DNA of 64,000 bases, taken from the NCBI GenBank assembly GCA_013265495.1, contig MU058054.1, positions 124,001-188,000 of the forward strand. The letters run 5' to 3'. The stretch is from Vicugna vicugna. Taxonomy: Eukaryota. How positions within the stretch are numbered: position 1 is the stretch's first letter; each line of letters begins with the position of its first letter. The position numbers were made by a program, and so were the translations under genes. Under the pieces are notes generated by a model. It had not been told where the DNA came from, made no database searches, and saw nothing but the letters and a program-made list of their open reading frames with translations. Below are positions 25,186 through 35,860 of this stretch, piece after piece.

Positions 25186-25439
25186 CATTTTTTAACACTC
25201 CCCTCCTCTGTATGACAAAATTTTTTCCAATAACAATAATTAAATAAAACAAATAATAGTAATGGGCAGGAAAAAAAAGCAATCAGGAAAAAACTTTCTT
25301 TTATTGAACTTCATCTATACAGTCATTTCAGGGAAAAATGAATAAATATAACACAAAAGAGGGAAAAATAAATGAGCGATACTTCTTAATTACATCAGTG
25401 TCTCTTTTTTTACGAGGAAAAAGCTTATAATTATTTCAC

Positions 25440-25562
25440 TTTGTTTGTTTTGTTTTGGGGGTAATTAGGTTTATTTATTTATTTAGATGGGGGTCCTGGG
25501 GATTGAACGCAGGACATCAGGCACACTAAGCATTCGCTCTACCACTGAGCTATCCCCTCTGC
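25440..25562 (-). mobile_element. vic-1-like SINE
   Basis: ggggattgaacgcaggac..cgctctaccactgagcta. Confidence 0.85.
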
Positions 25563-26512
25563 TTCTATCTACTTCTTAATCTCTCATAGTAATAAATAAT
25601 ATCACTGTAGTTTGCTTTCTTCATTTGTCCTTTAGGTTTTAAACACAACAATTTTAAAAGATGAATACATTTAAAATATGATATTAAAAAATCATTCAAA
25701 CATTTCATGTGTGAGCTATAATTTCTGCTTATTATATAAAAATATTCCGTCTCACAGTTCTTAATTCTGTTTCAATATTTCACATTTCAAACACAAAAAT
25801 TCCACGTGATATAGAATGACAGAACTGAAGTAGCTCGTTCTAACATTCACTGTGCTCTTATGCTTTATTGCAAATGTCCTGTTTAAATGCAGGAAGATGT
25901 AGAACCACAAGGGCTGGAGGCATGAATTGGGTCCAAAATGGGCTCAAGATGGATTCTGACCAGGACGCACGTAGCTGAGTTTGCGCGTGTGTGAGGAAAC
26001 CATAGAACGAAGAGTTCCCCGAATTAACTTCCATGTAGAATACAATGTTTATTAAGGGATATGTAATCATAATGCCAATGTGAAGGGTTTATTTGTTTAT
26101 TTATAATTAAAATTCAACAATAAACTGCTGCAATCATTTAGAACTTAGACCAACAAAAGATTTTTTTTCAGGGAGGATTATTTCCTCATGGACATTGTTT
26201 AGAATTGCCAGCACATCGGGCTAGTACAAAGCAAAGGGGTTCTTAGAAGGTGTCATTTTTGGTTTTAAGTTCTCTAGAGAGGATCCGCCCCTTTATTGTC
26301 TGTATGTAACCAGGGAAAAACTGCTCCCAATACTGGTTCTTATTATGCCCCTGTTTTTATGAGAACTTGAAGGCTTGTGACCAGCCTTCAGTGCTCTGCC
26401 CTTTACCCCTTTTTTACTTTATTATTTTTAGTTTTTACTTTAATATTAATTATTATTATTTATAACGTTAAGTCACAGAGGCATTTGGGGGGAGGTAACA
26501 TTTGCTTTCCTG

Positions 26513-27397
26513 CCGTTCATCAATTCTGTTATGTACATCATTTTCTCATTATAATACCTCTGAAACTGAGACACCTATGGCAGTCAATGGCATCTTACAA
26601 TTGCCCTTGAGCAGATGGGGTCGTGGCGCAGCTGGCCCTGCCCACGCATGTGTGATCTTGGTGATTGTTTCCCGTGGCCCATTAGACTGATGCCAACCGT
26701 CAATGTCTCTGTCGACAAATCATTTAAAAACCACTCGGGGAAGGACCATGAGCCCTGCTTTTTGTTTGAAAACCTCTGTTGACACCTTCTGGGTAGATCA
26801 ACTAATGAAATGGGAGGCAGGGGCTTGGGAGAAAACCCCGGAAGCCATCACGGAGCCCTCTTTGAGGACACGCTGCCTCGCCAAGGCTCTTGGCGGCAGA
26901 GGGGACCATATTGTGCGGAAAACACAGACATCAACTATTCTTGGTTGACAAGTGATGCAGGAGTGCTGGCTGTGGAATGTGAAGATATTTCAGGAATATC
27001 TTAGCCAATCTATTTGTTTTTCTTTCCCTTTTTACCTATGAGTGATATGTAATAAAAGTAAATGTCTAAATGAGTCTGAGAGAGCTCTTTGAATAAGTAT
27101 AAAATGGAAAATCTAAGGGATAAGAAAGCTTTGTGCCCGTTTATTTGGCAACATTTTTTTTGCTCATTCTTGGTGATACATGAAGCGATGGGTGTATCTT
27201 AAAATTGATGGTGGGGGGAGGGTATAGATCAGTGGTGGAACGCATGCTTAGTTACCATGCAGGAGGTCCTGGGTTCAATCCCCAGTACCTCCATTAAACA
27301 AACAAACAAACAAACCTCATTACCTCCCCCACCAATAAATAAATAAATTTAAAAAATAAAAATAAGTGGATGGTATCTTAGGTTTGATGAATTACGG
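26513..27397 (+). mobile_element. Kanga1/MER104-like TcMar-Tc2 (pogo-like) transposon with transposase remnant
   Basis: Termini ccgttcatcaattct / ggtttgatgaattacgg; remnant peptides NVSVDKSFKNH and KWEAGAWEKTPEAITEPSLRTRCLAKALGGRGDHIV resemble the pogo-like DDE C-terminus. Confidence 0.75.
27213..27363 (+). mobile_element. vic-1-like SINE
   Basis: ggggagggtatagatcagtggtggaacgc..gggttcaatccccagtacctcc; TSD aaattgatggt / aagtggatggt. Confidence 0.9.
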
Positions 27398-27649
27398 TGG
27401 TAGCATTTGCATTTAGGGACACCTGAGGTTTTTGAAACATGGCCTTTGTGAGTGAAGAGACTCATCACATTCGATTCTTGTTTCTTTCCTTTTTGTCTTC
27501 TTCTCAGTACAAACATAGGCACCTGCATCAGGAAAGAGAAAAACAATTCAGAAATGAACAAGGCCCCCCACACAGTCCCCCAGACATACCACTGTAAACA
27601 GAGTAGTGCCTGTTCTTTCAAAATAAACTAAAATGTTTGAAAATATATT

Positions 27650-28032
27650 AATTAAATTTTGAAGTATTTGCTACTTATAAAAGAATATATATAATGTATA
27701 TTTAAGTTGTGAAGCGTAAAACCGATAACTGTGAAGCTGTCTCCCACTTTGAGAATGACAGCCTTCCGACAGCATTGCGTTTTCTCGAACACTCCTTCCC
27801 AATCTCATCCCCCAGTTTCCCCACCAGGAAAATTGATTTTGTTGTTACCACTTCTCTTGCTTTCAGGATAATTTTAGCCTAGATGTGTGATTTCCTAAAC
27901 AATGTATTCTTTTTTGTTTTCTTGCCTTTGAACGTTAAAAAACAGTATTATATTGTATATATATTCTTCTGCAACATGCTTTCTGCATTCAGCATTATAT
28001 TTATGAGATTCACCCATATGAATGCCTATAAT
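27650..28032 (-). mobile_element. Old L1ME-type fragment
   Basis: tattcttctgcaacatgctttctgcattcagcattatatttatgagattcacccat. Confidence 0.6.
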
Positions 28033-28033
28033 T

Positions 28034-28120
28034 CAGGGTTTCTCAGCCTTAACACTGTTGATACGCTGGCTGGATAATTTTTTTTTTGTTGTAGGGGGCT
28101 GTGCAATGGATGTTAGAGCC
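28034..28120. mobile_element. MER20 5' fragment
   Basis: cagggtttctcagccttaacactgttgata..ctggataatt..ttgttgtagggggctgt. Confidence 0.65.
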
Positions 28121-28814
28121 TGGCACACAGTAGCTTCCCAATAAATGTTCTTTCTCTTGCAGGGAGTTGCACATCCAGCAATCATCGCTGAATGAATGAA
28201 TGAATGAACAAATGAACAAAGCGTTTACTCTCCTGAGGGAATCTTCTTAGGGCTTCTGCTGCCCTAGCTCAGCATTCCTGGCTTGGTTCTTATCTTAAGC
28301 TTTGAATTCCGACTGGAGCTGAACTAAATGATGCCTTTTCGACACAGCTCATCTCCCCGTGGGAAGCCATAAGCAATCAGGATCGAACTTGGCCCATCCA
28401 AAGAAGGTAGCTTCTGGTCAGCTCCATCTAAGTATCAAAGGTCAGATTCTTCTGATTTTCAAGAGAATCCCCGATTCCGGGTTCTATGGTTATCTTCTGA
28501 TATTTAAACACTGGCAATGAGTTTTGTTTTTTTTTTTAACATCACATAGGACTAATTAGATGTGCCTAAAGGTTGGCTTTGGACCACAAGTAGCCGTTTG
28601 TAGCCTTTGCTTCCAGCCAGGCACCATGGTCCTGCTTTCATGTGACCACGGAGGTAATGGCTCTTGGCCTTGAGAATAGGACTGTCACCCAGGGCCAATA
28701 GGACCCTTCCCACTGTTCCCCCCAAAGAACATTTTTGTGGTTTAAAAAAAAGTCTCCAATTAAAAAAAAAAAGTTCTCCAGGCTAAAAACTAAGAGCAAG
28801 GGAGGGAAGCCAAC

Positions 28815-29010
28815 ATTTGTAGATGAACCCCGCACAGGACACCTGCTCTTTCCTTCCATTCCCCCAGCAGCCCTGTGAGGTGGGGTGTTACCATCACTCC
28901 TATTTTGACAGAAACAGAAGCTCTGAATTACTGCATCACTTATTAAGTTCCACTTTGCTACTAAATTACAGGACTGAGATTTGAACCCAGGATTGTCCGA
29001 CTAGACTATA
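28815..29010 (-). mobile_element. MIR SINE
   Basis: cagcagccctgtgaggtggg..cctattttgacagaaacagaagct..gagatttgaacccagg. Confidence 0.75.
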
Positions 29011-30240
29011 AACTCATAAAGAGAAGGGAGAAATAATGCCTTATTTCTCTCTCTGTTTCCCTCCAGACACAGGTCTGGGCACAGTCAGTGCTCAGCAGGC
29101 ATGGCTGACTGATGATCAGTTGATTGACTGGGGAAGGACATGATTATGGCTACATCTTCTCAATATTTAAACAAGAATTTGAAATTCAGTTTCTCTAGGC
29201 CAGATAGACAAAGTCCTCCACCAAACAAGAAAAACACCAAAATATGTACAAATAAATGGAATTATTTGAATTGAGTTGTTATCTGAATTGGCATCAAAGA
29301 GATACAGAAGAGATATAGAGTAAATATTTAAAAGAGTTGTGATTACCTACTAGCTTTTCATAAGCTTTCCCTGCTCCACATCCCCCACAAAAGAACATTT
29401 TTGTGGTTAAAAAAAAAAAGTCTCCAGTTATTCTTTCATGAGCACATCCTGAACGGGATTCCATACACTAAGTTCATGTGAGTGGCTGGTGGTGATGTCA
29501 ATGCTGCCTCAACTATGAACAGTGATTAATATCTCTATGTCAGTATTTCACAATATGGAGCTCAAATTACAGACTTAATCCAATGAAAAAACATGAGAGG
29601 TATTTACAGTCCAGATACTTGTTGAAAGACTCCCTACCTATGGAAACTTACCGGATAGCTCCAGGGCAATGTATATCATCCTTTTCCTAAAATTTTGGCA
29701 AGAAGCTGTTAGGAGTCCTGATAAGGCTGGCAACATGCAAAAACATTTCCTCCTTTCGATGGCACCCAGCCAGCTTCTGACAGCCATGTACCAGCTTCCC
29801 AGAGCTGCGAATGGCTTGGGGTGATTTTTTCTTGACTTTATTATCCTAACTCACAACCTATAGAAGGAATAACAGAAGAAACACAACAGATGAAATGTGA
29901 AGCCATAGCAATGAGCCATGACCAATTTAAGATGAAGTTTGAAATGCATAACCAAGCAACAGACTTAATTCGAACTCAAATCATAGGTAGTAAGGTGGAC
30001 AAACCCCAGAGAAAATAGTGGCATTAGCAAAATACCGGGGAAAGATCTAAAATTTTCCTTTGACTCCAAGTTGTGCCAGACAGGCAGCAACTCTTTTTCC
30101 TCCTTCTTGGGTGGTTGAAACCGAAGTCATGGATGATACAAAATGATTTTCTATGGAGTTCATTGTGCTCGAATATCATTTGTAGTATTATGAGAGGTTG
30201 GCCATGATTTATTCATGTATTCACTTAAAAAATACATTGA

Positions 30241-30830
30241 GAAAGATACACGCACCCGAATGTTTATAGCAGCACTATTTACAATAGCCAAGATACGGAA
30301 GCAACCTAAGTGTCCATCAACAGATGACTGGATAAAGAAGATGTGGGCTATATACACAATGGAACACTACTCAGTGGAGTACAGCCATAAAAAGGGAATG
30401 AAAATTTTGCCATTTGCAACAACATGGATGGACTCAGATGGTATTATGCTTAGTGAAATAACTCAGGCAAAGAAAGACAAATACTGTATGATTCCCCTAT
30501 ATATGGCCTCTAAAAAATAAAACAAAGTAGTGAGTATAACAAAAAAATAAACAGACTCACAGATACAGAGAACAGCTAGTGGTTACCAATGGGGCGAGGG
30601 AAGGGGGAGATGAGCAAGTTAGGGGTAGGGAATTAAAAGGTACAAACTATTATGTATAAAATAAATAAGCCACAGGGATATATTGCACAGATTGGGGTTA
30701 TAGCCAATATTTTATAATAACTATAAATGGAGTATAACCTTTTAAAATTATGAATCACTGTGTTGTACATCTGAAATTTATATAATATTGTAAATCAACC
30801 ATACTTCAAAACAACAACAACAACAAAAAA
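30241..30830 (+). mobile_element. L1 3' end (ORF2 C-terminus plus 3' UTR)
   Basis: ORF track KDTRTRMFIAALFTIAKIRKQPKCPSTDDWIKKMWAIYTME is the L1 ORF2 C-terminus; ends in an (AAC)n/A tail. Confidence 0.95.
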
Positions 30831-31746
30831 CTCCGAAGTGGGGAAAAATATGTTTCGACATCCACTCTGTCATATTCCTGCCCTCAAATCCCTCACAATT
30901 CAGGGATGGGCTCAGTCATGAACAAACAGTTTCCAGATAAAATGGTAAGCTACAGATCAAAAAAGGTGGGAAATCCAGAGGAAGGAGCAGCCTGACTCCT
31001 CCCTCAAAGATGGAAACCAGAGTGAGGACCTGAGAATCTGAGGCTGGGGCAGGGAATTCCCCATCACACATAGTTAGGTCCCCCAAATCAGAAGGCTGCA
31101 CCAAGTCTAGGGTCCATGCAGAAAGGCAGAGTCCAGAATCAGAGTGAGAGACCTGGGGTGGGCAAGACAAAGGGCCCAGGGGTAACTTTCAGGGCGGGAG
31201 TACAGAGCTGCAGGTCTGGGGACACGGGGAGGCCAGATTGACCACAACTTCCTGAGTATCCCTGCTCCTGCCACATCCCTGTCTCTCCCCTGGGATCTCC
31301 CCATGATCCAGCAACCAGTGGGTTCAGAAGGCCCACCAGGGGCTCCCCGGACAGAGCTGTATACTAGGCATGCTTCTGTTTTGATTGCTTTTCCATACTT
31401 GTCAGGGGTGTGATGTGCAGGTGGATCAGCCAAGTTTGATGGTTTAGGACGTGATGAAGGGAGTATCTTGCTCTTTGGAGGGGAAAAGGAGGAGCTTACC
31501 CAGAGACATTGATAAATAGGCAGGTGCTGGTTGAGCTGGTGGAAAATGGGAGGGAGGGAGGGTGTGTGTGCAAAGGCAGGAAGTATGTGTGACAGGCTGG
31601 GCTTTGGGCCAGATGGCTTGTGGGTGCCAATGAGCCTCGGCCACTGGGCTTGAGCCAGGTTGGGGAGGCTTGGGTGCAGGCTTCAGGGCTTAGAATTTAT
31701 CCTATAGCCAAAGAGAAGACCTTTCCATTTAAGAAGAGGTGGTTCT

Positions 31747-32642
31747 ACCATATGACCCAGCAATCCCACTCCTGGGCATTTATCCAGAAGGAACTCTACT
31801 TCAGGATGACACCTGCACCCCAATGTTCACAGCAGCACTATTTACAATAGCCAAAACATGGAAACAGCCTAAATGTCCATCGACAGATGACTGGATAAAG
31901 AAGTTGTTGTATATTTATACAATGGAATACTATTCAGCCGTAAAATGACATCATAATGCCATTTGCAACAACATGGATGTCCCTGGAGAATGTCATTCTA
32001 AATGAGATGGGCCGGAAAGAGAAAGAAAAATACCATATGATATCACTCATATGTGGAATCTAAAAGAAGAAGAAGAAGAAGAAGAAGAAGAAGAAGAAGA
32101 AGAAGAAGAAGAAGAAGAAGAAGAAGGAGAAGAAGGAGAAGAAGGAGAAGAAGGAGAAGAAGGAGAAGAAGGAGAAGAAGGAGAAGAAGGAGAAGAAGAA
32201 GAAGGAGAAGAAGGAGAAGAAGGAGAAGGAGAAGAAGGAGAAGAAGGAAGAAAGAAGAGGAAGAAGGAAGAAAGAAGAGGGAGAAGGAGAAGAAGAAGGA
32301 GAAGAAGAAGGAGAAGAAGAAGAAGAAGGAGCTTGAATATAAAACAGAAACAGACTCACAGACATAGAGTACAGACTTGTGGTTGCTGGTGGGAAGAGGG
32401 TGGGTAGGGATAAACTGGGAGTTTGAGATTTGCAGATACTGACAGGTATATATAGAATAGATAGACAAGTTTACACTGTACAGCACAGGGAAATATATTC
32501 AAGATCTTGTAGTAGATCATGGGGAAAAATAATATGAAAATGAATATATGTATGTTCATGTATGACTGAAAAATTGTGCTGCCCACCAGAAATTGACACA
32601 ACATTGTAAACTGACTATAACTCAATTAAAAAAATAATAAAA
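31747..32642 (+). mobile_element. Young 5'-truncated L1 (ORF2 C-terminus plus 3' UTR)
   Basis: PYDPAIPLLGIYPE..CTPMFTAALFTIAKTWKQPKCPSTDDWIKK; perfect 16-bp TSD aagaagaggtggttct at 31731-31746 and 32848-32863. Confidence 0.95.
32062..32331 (+). repeat. 270-bp pure-purine compound microsatellite: (GAA)20, then (GGAGAAGAA)n variants
   Basis: No pyrimidine between 32062 and 32331. Confidence 0.97.
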
Positions 32643-32645
32643 TTT

Positions 32646-32845
32646 GGGAGGGTATAGCTCAGGGGCAGAGTGTGTGCTCAGCATGCACAAGGTGCTGGGT
32701 TCAATCCCCAGTACCTCCATTAAACAAATCAATCAATCAATCAACCTAATCACCTCCATCCTCTCCAAAAAAAAAAAAAAAAAAAAAAAAAAAAACGGAG
32801 GATTTAAAAATACAATAAAATTAAATAAAATTAAAAATAATATAA
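32646..32845 (+). mobile_element. vic-1-like SINE in the L1 poly(A) tail
   Basis: gggagggtatagctcagggg..gggttcaatccccagtacctcc, (AATC)n and a long poly(A). Confidence 0.9.
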
Positions 32846-33439
32846 AAAAGAAGAGGTGGTTCTGCACCCAGGAGCCCTCATTGCCTTACTAGGTGGGTCT
32901 GAATGCTGGTGGTCGCCATGCCTTTTTCTGTGTCTCAGAGAACGAGTCACTAGGAGACAGACACACGCCTGTCACAGCCTCTGTGTGGAGTAGGGCTACA
33001 GATGTTCTGGCACAGGGAAGCTTCCCACAGGTGTGCCAACATCAGCTGTACCTGGTGACCACACCCAGGGAGCCCCAGGAGGGAGAGGGGTCCCACTGCC
33101 CCAAGTTCTGGGATGCAGCCATTTCCCTGGGCTTTGACCTTTGGCCTCTCAGGCTCTCCAGGGCCACAGAGCCGCCTGTAACTGCCCAGAAGGTTGTTTT
33201 CACAGGGTCCTAGTGGCAAATAACACATCTTCATATTGAAAGAAGGCATTTTACTAGGTTCACAGCTCATTTGTCCCTGGTCTGTCGCTTGGGGGAATCG
33301 CTGAATTATACAGAAAGTATACACATCATCTGCGAATCAAACAGACGTTCCTTCCTTCCTGTCTATGTGTAAGCTTACCTGTAACACCAGTTTGCGTTGC
33401 TCCAAGTTTCAGGGACTGGGAGGGACTGTTTCAACCAGC

Positions 33440-33570
33440 TTGGTCAGGGAGGTGTCATCACCCTATCCTACACGTTAGGAAACTGAGGCTCGGAGAGGGT
33501 AAGTTCTGCTGCTCGTGAAGTTGAGATTCCAACCCAGACTTGCCGGAAGCCCCAGTCCATGCTCTTCCCT
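33440..33570 (-). mobile_element. MIR SINE
   Basis: ggaaactgaggctcggagagggtaag..gagattccaacccagact. Confidence 0.7.
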
Positions 33571-34769
33571 CTGGCCCACAATCTCTCACCTCCCAGGGAA
33601 GAGAGAGGCAAGGCCAGTGCGAGAGCTGCTATTTCCAAGGGCCTGGGGTTCCTCTGAATGTTTGCTTGTCAGGTCAGTTGAACTGAATAATCTTATCACT
33701 CAACTATTTCATTCTGGCTGGGCTTGAACAACAAGATCTCATGAAGGTGAAAAGTGGGTGGAAGGCAGGGTTCATAATAATATTTTGTATTTATAGGACT
33801 CTATTTTCCAAAGCATTTTATAGTTTCCACTGCACTGAGTCACTCGGCCCACCTGTGAGGGAGCTGGAACATTTATTACTACTACCAGCTCCTTCTGAGG
33901 ATTAGGGTGGAGGTCAGGCAGGCAGCTCCAGACTTCAGCGGGGGTTACCGTCCTCCATGTTGTATTAGAAAGGAGGACCCTCCAGCACCACACACTCCCC
34001 CTTGACAGCTCGCTGGTGCTTCCTGGGACCTTGCTCGTGGTTCCCTTGAGAGCAAGCTGCTTTCTCCAAATAGGAGGGGCAGGCCACTCTCACCCTCCTG
34101 CCCCCTTTCCCTTTATTCTCCATGGCATCACCATACGAGGTTAAACTAGGAGGTAGGGTAACTTGGGACAATCTCAATGTAGCAATGGAAAAAATTTTAA
34201 GCATGCATGCTTAGTATGATGTTTTTCCTCCATAGGTTGAGAAAGAGTGCCAAGAAATTAAACCAAGAAGTTTAGGGCCAAGAAGTCATCGCAGGTGTCT
34301 GTGGGTACCACAAGCCCCGAGGGCTGCCACATTGCGCAGCTCAGCCCTGCGTGGGGCCTTGCCAGTCCCTAACCCGCTGCCGCAGCCTCATGCTTCCCTG
34401 AGAAAGCTTCTTCCCTTTTGACTTCCGCCTTGCAGACCTGACTTGCAAATCTGCCCACTATGCCTTGCAAGTCTGCTCCTACTTTTTAGGAAACCTCACC
34501 TTCAAACTCCAGGACTTGATCTCACTTTAAAACATTCCATACCCCAACAGTGCAGTTCCTTAAGTAGGAGTTATTCAATCTAGAGTGATAGTCTGCAGGA
34601 CAGACTACCGAGGATAGTGGCACTCTGTTCCACAAATTGTCAGAGGCTGGGGAGGACCTCACCAGTCTCCTTTAGAATCCTCCCCCCACCCACCACGACC
34701 CCACCCTGTGAGTATCAGGTAGACCTCTTTATTTTTCTGATTAACCCATTGGTAACTTTCGATTAGATA

Positions 34770-35010
34770 TACACATCTAATGGACAAGTTTTCAGTCGAA
34801 AGCCCTAAAGCTAAATGAAGTGTGCAAACATCTTCCATTTGGTGAGTGCTGTGTTTTCAAAATCTGTTTGGGAATCTGAACTCCTTTAGGTGGGGTATGC
34901 CCTCTCAATTAGCCACAGTCCCCACTGTTCCCTAGTGTCCTGCACCCAGGCTGAATCACTCATTTATGTTATATATGTTGCCCTATGGGCATCTGGGTTT
35001 GCAACTACTC
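34770..35010 (-). mobile_element. MER102-like hAT-Charlie element
   Basis: gccacagtccccactgttccctagtgtc..cactcatttatgtta..ggcatctgggtttgcaac. Confidence 0.7.
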
Positions 35011-35699
35011 TTCCAAACCCACAAAGAGGAAGAGAAACATTTTCCTAATGGTCCCCTAATTTGCAAAGCTGCTTCTCTCTCAGTGGAGCTGGTACTGCGT
35101 ATTTTACTGTATCATGCTTGATCTTTACCTTAAACACCCTTCCCCTTTTCAAATAAGCTTTCTTGGCTCTGTTGGAATTTTAAAATTCCATTACTGGGCT
35201 GCTTGCCTCTTAAAGGTTGCTCTTCTCATTATACAAATGCACAAAGCTTTGAAACTGTCTCTGGGGTTGGGGCAAGACGGTGTGGACAGGTAGGTAATAC
35301 ACACCCCTATCACAAGCCAAGCCGGAGAGACATCCTGACCTGGGACGAGGTCTGGGACTGGCCTTCAGCTTGTGGTTTTCTTTTCAGGGAAAGCAAAAGG
35401 AGTTGGCTGGAATCAATTCACTAAGCCTTGGGAGAGCCAAGGGGAAGTCAAGAGCATCAGCTGCAGTAAGAGATCCAGGTCAGGTTAAGCGGGGTCTCAA
35501 ATGTTGCAACGCGAGGCCCTCTCCATCCCACACACGCCTTCCCACAGCTGGGCAGACATGATTAAATGATCTCAGCACCCTTTCCCACCAAGCGGGCTCC
35601 TCCTTCATGAGCCTTCTCAGTCCCTCGCTCCAGGCAGCCACCGCAGCCTGAGCAACGCTGACAACTGGGACGAAACCGATCTCCTATCCCTGGTGTAAT

Positions 35700-35860
35700 G
35701 GGAGGTACGCTGGACGGCGCATCCAAAGACCTGGATTCTGGTTTCAACCCTGCCGTTGACTCACTGGGCTCGCTGGGGGTTGGGCAAGGCTGTTTACCTC
35801 GGAAGACCTGTTTCTTCATCTGTTTAACGAAGTGGTTGGGCAGGTGATTAGGAGATTTCC
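35700..35860 (+). mobile_element. MIR-family SINE
   Basis: agacctggattctggtttc..ttgggcaag..tgtttcttcatctgt. Confidence 0.6.

Noticed and set aside
27507..27630. Plus-strand acceptor followed by AATAAA (terminal-exon-like)
   Set aside because: No recognisable peptide or supported upstream exon; such signals are common by chance
30118..30240. Possible small RNA/L1 chimera bounded by ccgaagt (30121 and 30833)
   Set aside because: The shared flank is only 7 bp, and I recognise no snRNA or C/D box pair in 30129-30240
31052..31061. Palindromic NF-kB site GGGAATTCCC
   Set aside because: Isolated; several matches to the degenerate kB consensus are expected by chance in 64 kb
30215..31948. ORFs with clear protein homology (MFIAALFTIAK..QPKCPS)
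   Set aside because: Truncated L1 ORF2 C-termini, not host genes; the same applies to 243-449, 53724-54237 and 50934-51188
32043..32486. Poly-E, poly-R, poly-L and poly-F ORFs in the ORF track
   Set aside because: Translation artefacts of the stop-free (GAA)n microsatellite inside an L1
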